Notes: generated by a model not told the origin, from the letters alone. 64,000 nucleotides of DNA from an uncultured Chloroflexia bacterium (GCA_963828165.1 CAWHDR010000001.1:1760001-1824000), one strand, 5' to 3'; shown: positions 43,053-53,007, numbered from the stretch's first letter. Numbers and translations are program-made.

Positions 43053-43967
43053 TCACTTGATGTATGGACGAAGGACGTCGCGGGCGAGCAGGAATCCGCG
43101 CTTGATCAGGTCGTCGGTCTTCTCGAAGTCCCGATCCTCGTGCTCGATGATCACGTCGCCGTCGAAGCCCGCTCGCCACAGGCCGGCGAACAGCGGGGCC
43201 CACTCGACGTCGCCGAGCCCGGGCAGGCGCGGGATCTGCCAGCCGATCCCGAGCGCGAACACGCCGCGTTCGTAGAGGGCCTCCCGGTCGATCGTCAGGT
43301 CCTTGGCCTGCACGTGGAGGATGTGCGGCCCGAACTCCCGGATGAACCTCGGGATGTCGATCATCTGCAGGATGAGGTGCGACGGATCGAAGTTGAGCCC
43401 GATCGTGCCGCCCCACTCCTCGAGGATCCGGCGCCAGATGCGCGGCGTCGTCGCGAGGTTGTGCCCACCGGGCCACTCGTCGTCGCTGAAGAGCATCGGG
43501 CAGTTCTCGATCGTGATCTGGCGGCCATGGTCCTTCGCGAATGCCACGATGTCCGGCCAGACCTTGAGCGCCTCCTGCCAGTTCGCGTCCTGGGTCTTTG
43601 CGGCGTCGGCGCCCATGAACGTGTTCACGAGGGGGACGTTCATCTTCTCGGCCGCGGTGATCACGTGCCTCAGGTGGCCGATGACGGTCTCCCGATGCGC
43701 CGCGTCCGGATGCAGCGGGTTCGGGTAGTAGCCCAGGCCGGAGATCGTCAGGCCCTTGCCCTTGATCTCGTCGACGATCTCGGTCGCCTGTGACGCGGAG
43801 AGGTCGGCGACATCGATGTGGGACGTGCCCGCATACCGTCGCGTCTGCCCGCTCGAGCGCGGCCAGCACGCGATCTCGACGCTTTCGAATCCGTTGGCGG
43901 CCGTCCAGTCGACGACCTCGGTGAGTGGCGTCTCGGGGAAGGGCGCGGTCAGCAGACCGAGCCTCAT
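43053..43967 (-). CDS. Sugar phosphate isomerase/epimerase (AP_endonuc_2 TIM barrel)
   Basis: IENCPM, GLNFDPSH, HVQAKD, PGLGDV.W, IEHED. Confidence 0.88.
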   Translation of the reverse strand: MRLGLLTAPFPETPLTEVVDWTAANGFESVEIACWPRSSGQTRRYAGTSHIDVADLSASQATEIVDEIKGKGLTISGLGYYPNPLHPDAAHRETVIGHLRHVITAAEKMNVPLVNTFMGADAAKTQDANWQEALKVWPDIVAFAKDHGRQITIENCPMLFSDDEWPGGHNLATTPRIWRRILEEWGGTIGLNFDPSHLILQMIDIPRFIREFGPHILHVQAKDLTIDREALYERGVFALGIGWQIPRLPGLGDVEWAPLFAGLWRAGFDGDVIIEHEDRDFEKTDDLIKRGFLLARDVLRPYIK

Positions 43968-45181
43968 CGGACGGGTTCCGAGGTGACGCGGTCCGAGGTG
44001 ACGCGGTCCGCGGTGGCGGCCGTCCCGCTGCGGTCCACCTGGACCCATCGACCCTCGCGGGCGCTCCGCGCGATCGCATCTCCCACGAGCATCTCGTCAT
44101 GGCCGTCTGCGAACGTGGGATAGCTGGGGCGGGAGGAGGGCGCCCCGGCCACCACGTCCGCGTAGACGGCCCGGAAGTGGGCGCAGAAGGTATCGAAGAA
44201 CCCCTCGACGTGACCGGCCGGCAGCGACGAGGCTGCCTGCCCCGCGGCCCCCATCAAGGCTGGGTTGCGGATCAGGATCTCGTTGGGGCGCTCGCGGTGC
44301 CCGGCCCACGCCTGGTCTGGCTGCTCGGAATCCCATCCCCAGGCGCCCTCGGAGCCGTCGATCTCATAGACGAGCGAGTTCTTCCGGCCCGGGCTGATCT
44401 GGCTGATGCTCACCGCGCCCCTGGCACCGCCATCGAAGCGGAGCAGGATGGACGCCGTATCCTCGGTCGAGATCTCGCGCTCCAGGGTCTCCGCGGAGCG
44501 AGCCGTCGAGAACGTTTCGACGGGACCGGTGGGCTCGTGCCGCGTGCCGATGAACGTCGACAGGTCGGCCATGACCTCGCTGACGTGCTGGCCGGTGACG
44601 AACGTCATCAGATCGAGCCAGTGGGACCCGATATCGCCGACCGCGCGCAAGGCGCCACCGCGGTCTGGCTGCAGCCGCCAGTTCCAGTCGCTCTCGAGGA
44701 GCAGCCAGTCCTGGAAATAGCGACCGGTCACCAGGCGTACCTCACCCAGACCGCCATCGGCGATGAGCTCGTGCGCGTGCTGGTTGAGGGGGTAGTAGCG
44801 GATGTTGAAGTTCGTCGCATTCACGAGGCCGCTCGACGAGGCCAGGCGGACGAGCTCGGCCGATTCGTGGGCCGTCATGGCGAGCGGCTTCTCGCAGACG
44901 ACATGCTTGCCGGCTGCGAGGATCTCCCGGCTCTGGCTCACGTGCAGGTCGTTGGGAGAGGTGACGTGGACGACGTCGACGGCGTCGTCTGCCAGCAGGG
45001 CCTCCAATGATGGGTAGGCATGGCTGACGCCGAGCGCCTCGGCTCGCGCCTTGCCACGTTCCGGGCTGCTGCCCAGTACGCCCCGAACCTGGACGCCGAT
45101 CCGCCGCAGTGCTTCCACGTGGACCGTGCCGATGAACCCTGTACCGATGACGGCGGCGCCGATGTCGGCGATCGATCCCAT
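43964..45181 (-). CDS. Gfo/Idh/MocA family oxidoreductase
   Basis: IGTGFIG, GKHVVCEKPLA, DIGSHWLD. Confidence 0.93.
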   Translation of the reverse strand: MGSIADIGAAVIGTGFIGTVHVEALRRIGVQVRGVLGSSPERGKARAEALGVSHAYPSLEALLADDAVDVVHVTSPNDLHVSQSREILAAGKHVVCEKPLAMTAHESAELVRLASSSGLVNATNFNIRYYPLNQHAHELIADGGLGEVRLVTGRYFQDWLLLESDWNWRLQPDRGGALRAVGDIGSHWLDLMTFVTGQHVSEVMADLSTFIGTRHEPTGPVETFSTARSAETLEREISTEDTASILLRFDGGARGAVSISQISPGRKNSLVYEIDGSEGAWGWDSEQPDQAWAGHRERPNEILIRNPALMGAAGQAASSLPAGHVEGFFDTFCAHFRAVYADVVAGAPSSRPSYPTFADGHDEMLVGDAIARSAREGRWVQVDRSGTAATADRVTSDRVTSEPVR

Positions 45182-45318
45182 CGTTCCTGATTCACCCACT
45201 GGCTGATGCGCACAAACGTCTAGACATTCTAGCGGACGATCCTCGCCGGTTGGAAGCTGCGCCCGCGTTGGCGCACCAAAGGGTCCCTCCCGGTCCCTCT
45301 GACCCCTGCCGCCGCATC

Positions 45319-45347
45319 ATCCTAGTTTGTCCTGTCAAGTGCAAAAG
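45319..45347 (-). promoter_or_regulatory. Putative ROK operator / promoter for the leftward operon
   Basis: Reverse strand CTTTTGCACTTGACAGGACAAACTAGGAT aligns with the 45456-45484 site. Confidence 0.55.
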
Positions 45348-45453
45348 AGGTGCGCCTCGCCACCGTCGTTCGGTGTCTTCCCGAAGGGGACTGACCCCTC
45401 CCAGACCGGATCGCTTCAACACGCGGCGTCATGCGTTATGCACATCGTGGCAG

Positions 45454-45484
45454 TACTTAAGTTCTTGACAGAGATAAGTATAGT
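45454..45484 (+). promoter_or_regulatory. Putative ROK operator / promoter for the rightward operon
   Basis: TACTTA-N15-TAAGTA inverted repeat containing CTTGACAG and overlapping TATAGT. Confidence 0.6.
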
Positions 45485-45577
45485 GGCCGAGGACGCCAGG
45501 TTGCCAGCCCAGCGGGACGTGCTACCACCAACGCGCCACGGAGACCGCGGGCCGACCTGACCGTCGAAGGAGGCACG

Positions 45578-46837
45578 ATGGTGCTCGACAGGAAGCTCAG
45601 TCGGCGACGATTGCTTCAGGCTGGCGCAGCAGGCGCCGCAGCGGCCGCGCTCCTACCGCTGGGCCCCTCGGGGGTCTTCGCGGCCGGCAATGGCCGACTC
45701 ATCCCAGCCGGCAAGGTCGGTACGATCACCTTCACCCAGCGAGACGTGCCGGGCCGCATGGGCATCTCGACCGGGAGCGCCACCATGGGGTTCCTCGGCG
45801 GAGACAACTTCCCGGAGGATCCCAACGATCTCGGACCGCTCGTCCCGCTGCCGGGCGGCTGGAAGGAGCTCTTCGAGTACCTCAGCGCGGTGGGCTTCAC
45901 CCAGATCGAGTTCGCGGGCTACGGGCAGAATGCGGCCAACCCGGGTGGCGCACAGCCGAATCCGACGACGAATCGGGCCGGATACCTCTCGTACGCCGCC
46001 ACGCTGCGTGGATTCCTCGACGACAACGGTCTCGAGGCCATCGGCAATCACGGCTTCATCCCGAACACGTGGCCCGGCCCCAATAGCGCCGGCGGCGCGA
46101 TGTCCACGGCCGACTACGACCGGTACCAGACGGAGCTCGAGTTCGCCTCGATCCTCGGGATGCCATTCATGGGCACGGGCAACGATCCGACCAGTGCCAA
46201 CAACCGCAACATCGAGCCATGGACGATCGCCGGCGAGAAGTGGGACGCGCTCAACACGCTCAGCCTGGCGTGGGGCATCCACCTCTATCCGCACAACCAC
46301 TCGCCCGCCTACAACTTCCTCCAGGACGGCCCGACCGTGATGGCAACCCAGGACCGCCTGACCGGCGCCCCGATCGCCCCGACACCCGTCCGCGGGGAAT
46401 CCGGCAAGCGGCTGATGCAGCACTATCTCGACATCACCAACCCCGAGCTGTGCCTCATCGAGATGGACATCTTCTGGGCGTACGTCGCGCAGCACCAGCA
46501 TCGCTGGCGCTACGACTGGGAGGGCAACCGCGTCGAGGACATCTTCGATCCGCTGGCCACGGTCGCGATGCAGACCAAGCGCTTCCCGCTGTACCACGCC
46601 AAGGACGGCGACAAGGTCGACGGCGCTCCGCCGTCGCAGAACGGCTACAACATGATCCCGTTCGGCGACCCTCGAAGCGACATCGACTTCGCGACCTTCT
46701 TCAAGAAGCAGGGCGCGAAGGGCTCCCACAATCCCAACTACGAGCAGGACAACGCTCCGGGCGGCGGTGCCGATCCTGGTCGGTCCTTGCGGTTCTCCCA
46801 CATCAGCGCAGCGAATATGAACGCCCTTCGCGGGTAG
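45578..46837 (+). CDS. Tat-exported sugar phosphate isomerase/epimerase-like TIM barrel protein
   Basis: SRRRLL signal; QIEFAGY, YPHNH, EMDIFW, YHAKD, EQD. Confidence 0.8.
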   Translation: MVLDRKLSRRRLLQAGAAGAAAAALLPLGPSGVFAAGNGRLIPAGKVGTITFTQRDVPGRMGISTGSATMGFLGGDNFPEDPNDLGPLVPLPGGWKELFEYLSAVGFTQIEFAGYGQNAANPGGAQPNPTTNRAGYLSYAATLRGFLDDNGLEAIGNHGFIPNTWPGPNSAGGAMSTADYDRYQTELEFASILGMPFMGTGNDPTSANNRNIEPWTIAGEKWDALNTLSLAWGIHLYPHNHSPAYNFLQDGPTVMATQDRLTGAPIAPTPVRGESGKRLMQHYLDITNPELCLIEMDIFWAYVAQHQHRWRYDWEGNRVEDIFDPLATVAMQTKRFPLYHAKDGDKVDGAPPSQNGYNMIPFGDPRSDIDFATFFKKQGAKGSHNPNYEQDNAPGGGADPGRSLRFSHISAANMNALRG

Positions 46838-46863
46838 CGCTCACTCGACCCCCGCGACCGGTA

Positions 46864-46898
46864 GGGGCGCCCGGGGCCGTCACGGCTCCGGGCGCCCC
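46864..46898 (+). terminator. GC-rich stem-loop
   Basis: GGGGCGCCCGGGGCCG-TCA-CGGCTCCGGGCGCCCC. Confidence 0.55.
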
Positions 46899-46994
46899 CG
46901 TTCGTATCGGCCAACGACCCATCGTCCGCCCGCGCTCCTTGGCGCGTGCGAGCCGTCCGATTCGCTCTGTTCAAGGGACTGGAGGCAGGATCCG

Positions 46995-49900
46995 TTGCGC
47001 AAGGCCATCACGTTGTTGGGCCTGCTGGCCCTCGTCGGCTCGCTCGCTGCGCCCGCCGTGGCGCTGGCGGCGCCAGCCGACAAATACCGGATCTTCGTAT
47101 TCACGAACGGCGCACCGGCCTACGCCCAGAAGGGCGTCAAGGCGATCAGGGATCTCGGCAAGGCCAACGGGTTCGGGGTCCAGTCGAACGGCGACGCCGG
47201 CTTGTTCACGGAGGCCGACCTCGCGCGGTTCCGCGCGGTCGTCTTCCTCGATACCACCGGCAGTCCCCTGAATGCTGCCCAGGAAGCCGCCTTCCAGGCG
47301 TACTTCCGCAACGGCGGTGGGTTCGTCGGCGTCGGGTCGGCGGTCGAGACCGAGCCCGACTGGCAGTTCCTCACGGACGTCCTCGGGACGCGCTCTGCGG
47401 GCAAGCTCGGTGCCCAGACGGTCACGAACAAGGTCGCAGACCGTCTGCACGACGCGAGCAAGAACCTGCCGGAGTACTGGAACCTCAACGACACGTACTA
47501 CAACTGGACCTCCAACGTCCGCGGCCTGAGTCACGTGCTGACGACGGTCAGCGGCGCCCCATTCAACCGAACCGGCGACGGGCCCACGATCAACGCCCTG
47601 ACCGGCGGCACCATGGGCGCCGATCATCCGGTCACGTGGTGCAAGGACTACCAGGGTGGACGCTCGTACTACACGAACCACGGCGCCTCCTCCGCGGCGT
47701 GGAACGACGCCAACCTCCTCAAGGAGCTGCTCGGCGCGATCAAGTGGGCTGCCGGCGACTCCGATCCGATCTTCAGCGACTGCGGCGCGACGGTCCGCGC
47801 GAACTACCAGCAGTCATTCGTTGCCGCTCCGCCAAACCTGAGCGAGCCGATCGGGTTCGACGTGCTACCCGACGGCTCCGGCCGCGTGATCCAGACCGAT
47901 CGCCGCGGTGGCGTCCGGCTCCACGACCCGGCCACGAACTCGACGACCCTCATCGCCCAGATCCCGGTCTATATCGCGAATGAGGACGGGATGTACGGGC
48001 CTGAGGTGGACAACGACTTCAATACGAACAAGTGGGTGTACCTGTTCTACTCGCCGCCGACAGTCGAGGACGTGAAGTTCGCGGACGGGACGCTCCATAC
48101 CGTGACATCCCCGCTGAACGATCCGGCGACGCCGCAAAACGAGCAGAACGCGCCCAACTTCGCAGCCGACCTCAGCGCCTGGGATCAGTACCTTGGGTAC
48201 TTCCAGCTCTCGCGCTTCAAGTTCGTCGAGGCGAGCGGCGGCACGGCGGCCCATCTCGACCTGGCAAGCGAGCAGCAGATCCTGCGCGTCCCGCAGAATC
48301 GCGGCGCGTGCTGCCACGTCGCAGGCGACATCGACTTCGACTCGCAGAACAACCTGTTGCTGGTCACGGGTGACGACACGCCGGCCGGCGGGGGCAACTC
48401 CGGCGGCTTCGGCCCCTTCAACGGCCAGAAGACGAACGAGGTCCAGCAGGTCAACGTCACCGGCGCGAGCGGCGGCACGTTCACGCTCACGTTCGATGGC
48501 CAGACCACGGCTCCCATCGCCTTCCCGCTCGTCAACACGGCGATCGAGACCGCCCTCGAGGAGCTCGACAACCTTACCGACGTCGCCGTGACCGGCAACG
48601 CCGGCACGAACCGCCAGGTCAACTTCGCCGGCAACAAGGAGGGCCTGGACGTCCCGCTCATGACCGCGGACGCGTCGGGCCTGACCGGAACGGCCCCGCA
48701 GGCGAGCGTTGCGCTGGCGACGATCAACAACGGCCAGGGCATCCAGATCCCGGCCGAGGCCGGGCTCTACAACAGCCCGCACGTCGACGCCCGCCGCAGC
48801 GCGCTGAACACGAACGACCTGCGCGGCAAGCTGCTGCGGATCACCGTCAAGGACGGAGATATCACGCCCGCGGAGAGGAACACCTTCGGGGACGCGTACA
48901 CCGTGCCCGCGGGCAACCTGTACCCGGTCGGGACGGCACTGACGAGGCCGGAGGTCTACGCGATGGGCTTCCGCAATCCGTTCCGTCTCACGCTGGACAA
49001 GGACGACGTCGCCTACATCAGCGACTACTCGCCGGACTCGCCGGTGCCACAGCAGTTCCGCGGCCCGGCCGGGACCGGCCGCTACATGGTCGTCCGGGAG
49101 CCCTCGAATTACGGCTGGCCGCTCTGCTACAAGACCGACCTCCCGTACTACAAGTGGGACTTCAATACGTCGACCCCGCTTCCGAGCTTGGCCGCCCCTG
49201 AGACGCACGAGTGCGACAACCCGGGGCACGGGCCGGAGAACACGTCTCCATGGGTCGCGAACGGCGGTCCGACCGTCGAGGCCGGGCTCCAGACGGTGCC
49301 ATCGATCACCAACCCGGAGATCTGGTACTCGGGCCGCGACAACTCGGCGCCACCGAATGGCCCGCAGGGGACGCAGTGCTTCGCGAGCTACGGGCCGGGC
49401 GCTCCTGCCGATCCGGTCGGCGCCTGCCCGCAGCTCTTCCCGGAGCTCTACACCGGGGGCATCGGCCCGCACGGGACCGCCCCGTACGACTACGACCCCC
49501 TCAACCCGAATCCGACGAAGTTCCCGCCCTATTGGGACGGGGCGTTCATGGTCGGCGAGTTCACGCAGGACACGATGCGCGAGATCCGACTGGACTCGGC
49601 CGGCAACGTCCACAAGATCAACAACACGCTCCCCTGTGGTCCGGTGCCCGCGACCCCCGCGCGGCCGTGGCTCTGCGACAACCCCATGGACATGGAGTTC
49701 GGGCCGGACGGCACGTTCTACCTGCTCACCTACGGTGACGGCTTCTTCGCCATCAACCCCGATGCCGGGATGATGCGTTGGGAGTACGTGAAGGGACTGC
49801 GCGCGCCGGTCGCGGTCGTATCAGCCACACCGACCGATGGGCCGGCTCCAGTCACGGTGGCCTTCTCGAGCGCGGGCTCGAACGACGCCGACCCTGGCGA

Positions 49901-50813
49901 CTCGATCCGCTTCGAGTGGGACTTCGATGGCAACGGGACGGTCGACTCGATCGAGCCGAACCCGACCCACACCTATACGACGACCGGGCAATTCACCGCG
50001 AAGCTCTCGGTGATCGACTCGAGCGGCAAGATCGGGTCGGCCAACACGACGATCACGGTCGGCAACACGGCGCCGGTCGTGACCGTGAACGCCCCGGTCG
50101 AAGGCGGGACGTTCGCCTTCGGCGAGGACATCCCGTTCACGGTGACGGTCACGGACCCGGAGGATGGTGCCATCGACTGCGCCGACGTCCAGGTGACGTT
50201 CGTCCTCGGCCATGACACGCACGGGCACGCCGAGGCATCGACCTCCGGCTGCTCGGGTGTCCTGCCGACGGACGAAGGTGACGTGTCGCACGGCGGCAAC
50301 GTCTTCGGCGTCATCAGCGCCTCGTACACCGACGGTGGAGGCAGCGGCGGCGTGCCGGCGCTCACGACCGTGGACCAGAACCAGGTCCGCCAGAAGCGCC
50401 AGGAAGTCGAGCACGTCGTCAACCAGTCCGGCACGAATACGGCGTCGTCAACCGATGTCGGTGGCGGCCTCCAGCGAGGCGGCCTCAGCGCCGGTGACTG
50501 GCTCCAGCTCAACGGCCCCTTCAACCTCCTCAACCTCGACACGATCACGTTCCGTACGTCCGGGGGCACCAACGGTGCCGCCACTGGCGCGGTCGAGATC
50601 CATCGCGACGCGGTCGACGGACCGATCGTGAGCACCGTGACCATCGTCGGTACTGCCGGCGGCGGGACCTACGCCAGCCAGACGTTCCCGATCGCGGACA
50701 GCGGGACCCACGAGTACTTCCTGGTCTTCCGTGCCGTCCCGACCGGACCCGGGAACAACTTCTTCAATCTCAACTGGATCGAATTTGGAGGGGCGGGGGT
50801 CTCGATCCCCTGA
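46995..50813 (+). CDS. Large secreted protein: ThuA-like domain + glucose/sorbosone dehydrogenase-like beta-propeller + PKD + CBM6-like domain
   Basis: Signal peptide; GGGFVG, MG.DHP..WC....GGRS.YT; CCHVAG, LRGK.LRI, YAMGFRNPFR, NYGWP; WDFDG.G...NP.HTY; NLNWIEF. Confidence 0.85.
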   Translation: MRKAITLLGLLALVGSLAAPAVALAAPADKYRIFVFTNGAPAYAQKGVKAIRDLGKANGFGVQSNGDAGLFTEADLARFRAVVFLDTTGSPLNAAQEAAFQAYFRNGGGFVGVGSAVETEPDWQFLTDVLGTRSAGKLGAQTVTNKVADRLHDASKNLPEYWNLNDTYYNWTSNVRGLSHVLTTVSGAPFNRTGDGPTINALTGGTMGADHPVTWCKDYQGGRSYYTNHGASSAAWNDANLLKELLGAIKWAAGDSDPIFSDCGATVRANYQQSFVAAPPNLSEPIGFDVLPDGSGRVIQTDRRGGVRLHDPATNSTTLIAQIPVYIANEDGMYGPEVDNDFNTNKWVYLFYSPPTVEDVKFADGTLHTVTSPLNDPATPQNEQNAPNFAADLSAWDQYLGYFQLSRFKFVEASGGTAAHLDLASEQQILRVPQNRGACCHVAGDIDFDSQNNLLLVTGDDTPAGGGNSGGFGPFNGQKTNEVQQVNVTGASGGTFTLTFDGQTTAPIAFPLVNTAIETALEELDNLTDVAVTGNAGTNRQVNFAGNKEGLDVPLMTADASGLTGTAPQASVALATINNGQGIQIPAEAGLYNSPHVDARRSALNTNDLRGKLLRITVKDGDITPAERNTFGDAYTVPAGNLYPVGTALTRPEVYAMGFRNPFRLTLDKDDVAYISDYSPDSPVPQQFRGPAGTGRYMVVREPSNYGWPLCYKTDLPYYKWDFNTSTPLPSLAAPETHECDNPGHGPENTSPWVANGGPTVEAGLQTVPSITNPEIWYSGRDNSAPPNGPQGTQCFASYGPGAPADPVGACPQLFPELYTGGIGPHGTAPYDYDPLNPNPTKFPPYWDGAFMVGEFTQDTMREIRLDSAGNVHKINNTLPCGPVPATPARPWLCDNPMDMEFGPDGTFYLLTYGDGFFAINPDAGMMRWEYVKGLRAPVAVVSATPTDGPAPVTVAFSSAGSNDADPGDSIRFEWDFDGNGTVDSIEPNPTHTYTTTGQFTAKLSVIDSSGKIGSANTTITVGNTAPVVTVNAPVEGGTFAFGEDIPFTVTVTDPEDGAIDCADVQVTFVLGHDTHGHAEASTSGCSGVLPTDEGDVSHGGNVFGVISASYTDGGGSGGVPALTTVDQNQVRQKRQEVEHVVNQSGTNTASSTDVGGGLQRGGLSAGDWLQLNGPFNLLNLDTITFRTSGGTNGAATGAVEIHRDAVDGPIVSTVTIVGTAGGGTYASQTFPIADSGTHEYFLVFRAVPTGPGNNFFNLNWIEFGGAGVSIP

Positions 50814-50827
50814 GCTTCCGTAAGGCC

Positions 50828-50858
50828 CGGGGACGGTCCGGCTCACGGACCGTCCCCG
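50828..50858. terminator. Perfect 13-bp hairpin between convergent genes
   Basis: CGGGGACGGTCCG-GCTCA-CGGACCGTCCCCG. Confidence 0.7.
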
Positions 50859-50863
50859 CCGGA

Positions 50864-51607
50864 TCACGTCAGCCGGCGGATCCGGATATTTCGGAACCAG
50901 ACCTCCTCGCCGTGGTGCTGGAGGACCACGCCGCCGGTGTCGGCGGCCATGAAGCCCGGCAGATCCCGGAACTTGCTGGCGCCGACGAGCGTTCGCGCGT
51001 CGGCGCCGTTCCACTCATAGTCGATGACTCGGCTGCCGTTGAGCCAATGCTCGACCCGTTCGCGGTCGACCACGACCCGCCCCGTGTTGAACGTCCCGAC
51101 CGACTCCAGCCGCTTGTCGGCGTTCGGGGCGATGAGCCCGTACAGCGCCGCGGCCGAGGTGAGCGGCTCGCGGCCATCTGGATGCTCGCCATCGTCGAGC
51201 ACCTGGTATTCAGGGCCGGTCGTCCACGATGGCGCGTCGCTCTCGACGACGCGGTACAGGACGCCACTGTTGCCGCCCGGGCTCACGCGCCATTCGAATT
51301 CGAGCTCGAAATCGCCAAACGTCTCGCGCGTGACGAGGTCCATGCCGGTACCCGGCACGGCACGGAGCTCCCCGCCCTCGACGACCCAGCTGGTCGGGAA
51401 GGCGTCGGCGCCGTAGCCGCGAAGCGCGGCCGTGGACGAGCCGTCGAACAGGGCGATCCAGGGACCCTCCATGGGCGTGACCTCCGGCGTCGTGGCGATG
51501 GGTGCTGGGGAGTCGATCGTGCCGGCGCACGCCGTGACCGCGAGCACCATCGCGAGCATCGCGGCGCTTGCCGTCCGGATCGCATCGGGCCCCGCCGACT
51601 CCGTCAC
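50864..51607 (-). CDS. DUF1080 / 3-keto-disaccharide hydrolase-family lipoprotein
   Basis: Lipobox AVTAC; W..LFDG, FGDFELEFEW, GNSG, EYQVLD, LQHHG..V.FRNI.I. Confidence 0.88.
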   Translation of the reverse strand: MTESAGPDAIRTASAAMLAMVLAVTACAGTIDSPAPIATTPEVTPMEGPWIALFDGSSTAALRGYGADAFPTSWVVEGGELRAVPGTGMDLVTRETFGDFELEFEWRVSPGGNSGVLYRVVESDAPSWTTGPEYQVLDDGEHPDGREPLTSAAALYGLIAPNADKRLESVGTFNTGRVVVDRERVEHWLNGSRVIDYEWNGADARTLVGASKFRDLPGFMAADTGGVVLQHHGEEVWFRNIRIRRLT

Positions 51608-51677
51608 CCGGCCATGGTCCCCCAAACGCCCGATCCCGTCCGTTCAGGGCGTGACGTGCGGGCGCTATCATCGCGTG

Positions 51678-52994
51678 GTGACTGAGGGGCCGGCGGAGTT
51701 GGTACGTGCGCCGGTCATCGGGCCGCATCAGCCGCTTCCGGATGAGGTCCTCGACGCCCTCGTCACCGTGCTCGACGAGGTTCGCCTCGGACGGTCGCGT
51801 TCCCGCTCCGAGCTCGTGGAGCGGACCGGCCTCGGCCGCGCGATCGTCGCGCGGCGGGTCCAGGAGCTGATCGATCGCGGGCTGTTGAGCGAGGGCGAGG
51901 TTGGCCCGAGCACCGGCGGTCGGCCGCCACGACAGCTCGCCTTCTGTGCGGACGCCGGGCACGTCCTGGTCGCCGACCTCGGCGCGACCAGTATCGACGT
52001 CGCCGTCACGGGCCTGGATGGCCGGATCCTCGGCCACCACGACGAGCCCGCCCGGATCGAGGACGGTCCCGAGCGGGCGCTCGAGCGCGTCGACGCGCTG
52101 TTCGATTCCTTGCTGCGTACCACGCAGGAGATCCCCGGCCGGCTGTGGGGGATCGGCATCGGCGTGCCTGGCCCCGTGGAATTCGACTCGGGGCGGCCGA
52201 TCTCGCCGCCGATCATGCCGGGCTGGGACGGCTACCCGATCCGGGAACGCCTCACCCAGCGTTATCGGGCGCCGGTCTGGGTCGATAACGACGTCAACCT
52301 GCTGGCGCTCGGGGAGTGGCGATCCGGTGTCGCGTCGGGTCACGACAACGTCGTGGTCGTCAAGATCGGGACCGGGATCGGCGCCGGCATCATCTCCGAC
52401 GGCCGCCTGCATCGAGGGGCCCAGGGAAGCGCCGGCGACGTGGGCCACATCCAGGTCACGGACGACCCGGCGATCGTGTGCCGGTGCGGCAATATCGGAT
52501 GCCTGGAGGCGCTCGCGGGTGGCGCGGCGCTCGGGCGCGCCGGGGAGGCTGCAGCACTCGACGGCCGGAGCCCCCGGCTGCAAGCCGCCTTCGACCTGCA
52601 CGGCAGCCTGTCGGCGGAGGATGTCGCCCGGGCCGCGTCATTCGGTGATCCGGTCGCCGTCGCGCAGCTGCAGGCCGCCGGTCGGCTGGTCGGCTCGATG
52701 CTGGCGGGCATCGTGAACTTCTTCAATCCATCGCTGATCGTCATCGGCGGCGGCGTGGCCAACAGTCCGGACCAGCTCATGGCTGCGATCCGCGGGACGA
52801 TCTATCGACGATCCCTGCCGCTCGCGACACGCGACCTGTCGATCCAGCGCTCCTCGCTCGGGGCGCTCGCCGGCGTCATCGGGGCTTCCTCGATGGTCGT
52901 GGACCAGCTGTTCGCCCGGGGGGCGATCGCCCGCTGGATCGAAGCCGGCGACCCGGCATCGATGCCGGACCTGCCGCTGGCGCGCGCGGGCTAG
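51678..52994 (+). CDS. ROK family transcriptional repressor
   Basis: HTH SRSELVERTGL....V...V.EL, STGGRPP, DNDVN, GTGIGAG, C.CG..GCLE. Confidence 0.92.
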   Translation: MTEGPAELVRAPVIGPHQPLPDEVLDALVTVLDEVRLGRSRSRSELVERTGLGRAIVARRVQELIDRGLLSEGEVGPSTGGRPPRQLAFCADAGHVLVADLGATSIDVAVTGLDGRILGHHDEPARIEDGPERALERVDALFDSLLRTTQEIPGRLWGIGIGVPGPVEFDSGRPISPPIMPGWDGYPIRERLTQRYRAPVWVDNDVNLLALGEWRSGVASGHDNVVVVKIGTGIGAGIISDGRLHRGAQGSAGDVGHIQVTDDPAIVCRCGNIGCLEALAGGAALGRAGEAAALDGRSPRLQAAFDLHGSLSAEDVARAASFGDPVAVAQLQAAGRLVGSMLAGIVNFFNPSLIVIGGGVANSPDQLMAAIRGTIYRRSLPLATRDLSIQRSSLGALAGVIGASSMVVDQLFARGAIARWIEAGDPASMPDLPLARAG

Positions 52995-53007
52995 GACTCG
53001 CGCGGGG

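Noticed and set aside
43975-44010. 15-bp tandem repeat encoding DRVTS at the Gfo C-terminus
   Set aside because: Short duplication in a disordered tail; not CRISPR-like and no clear function
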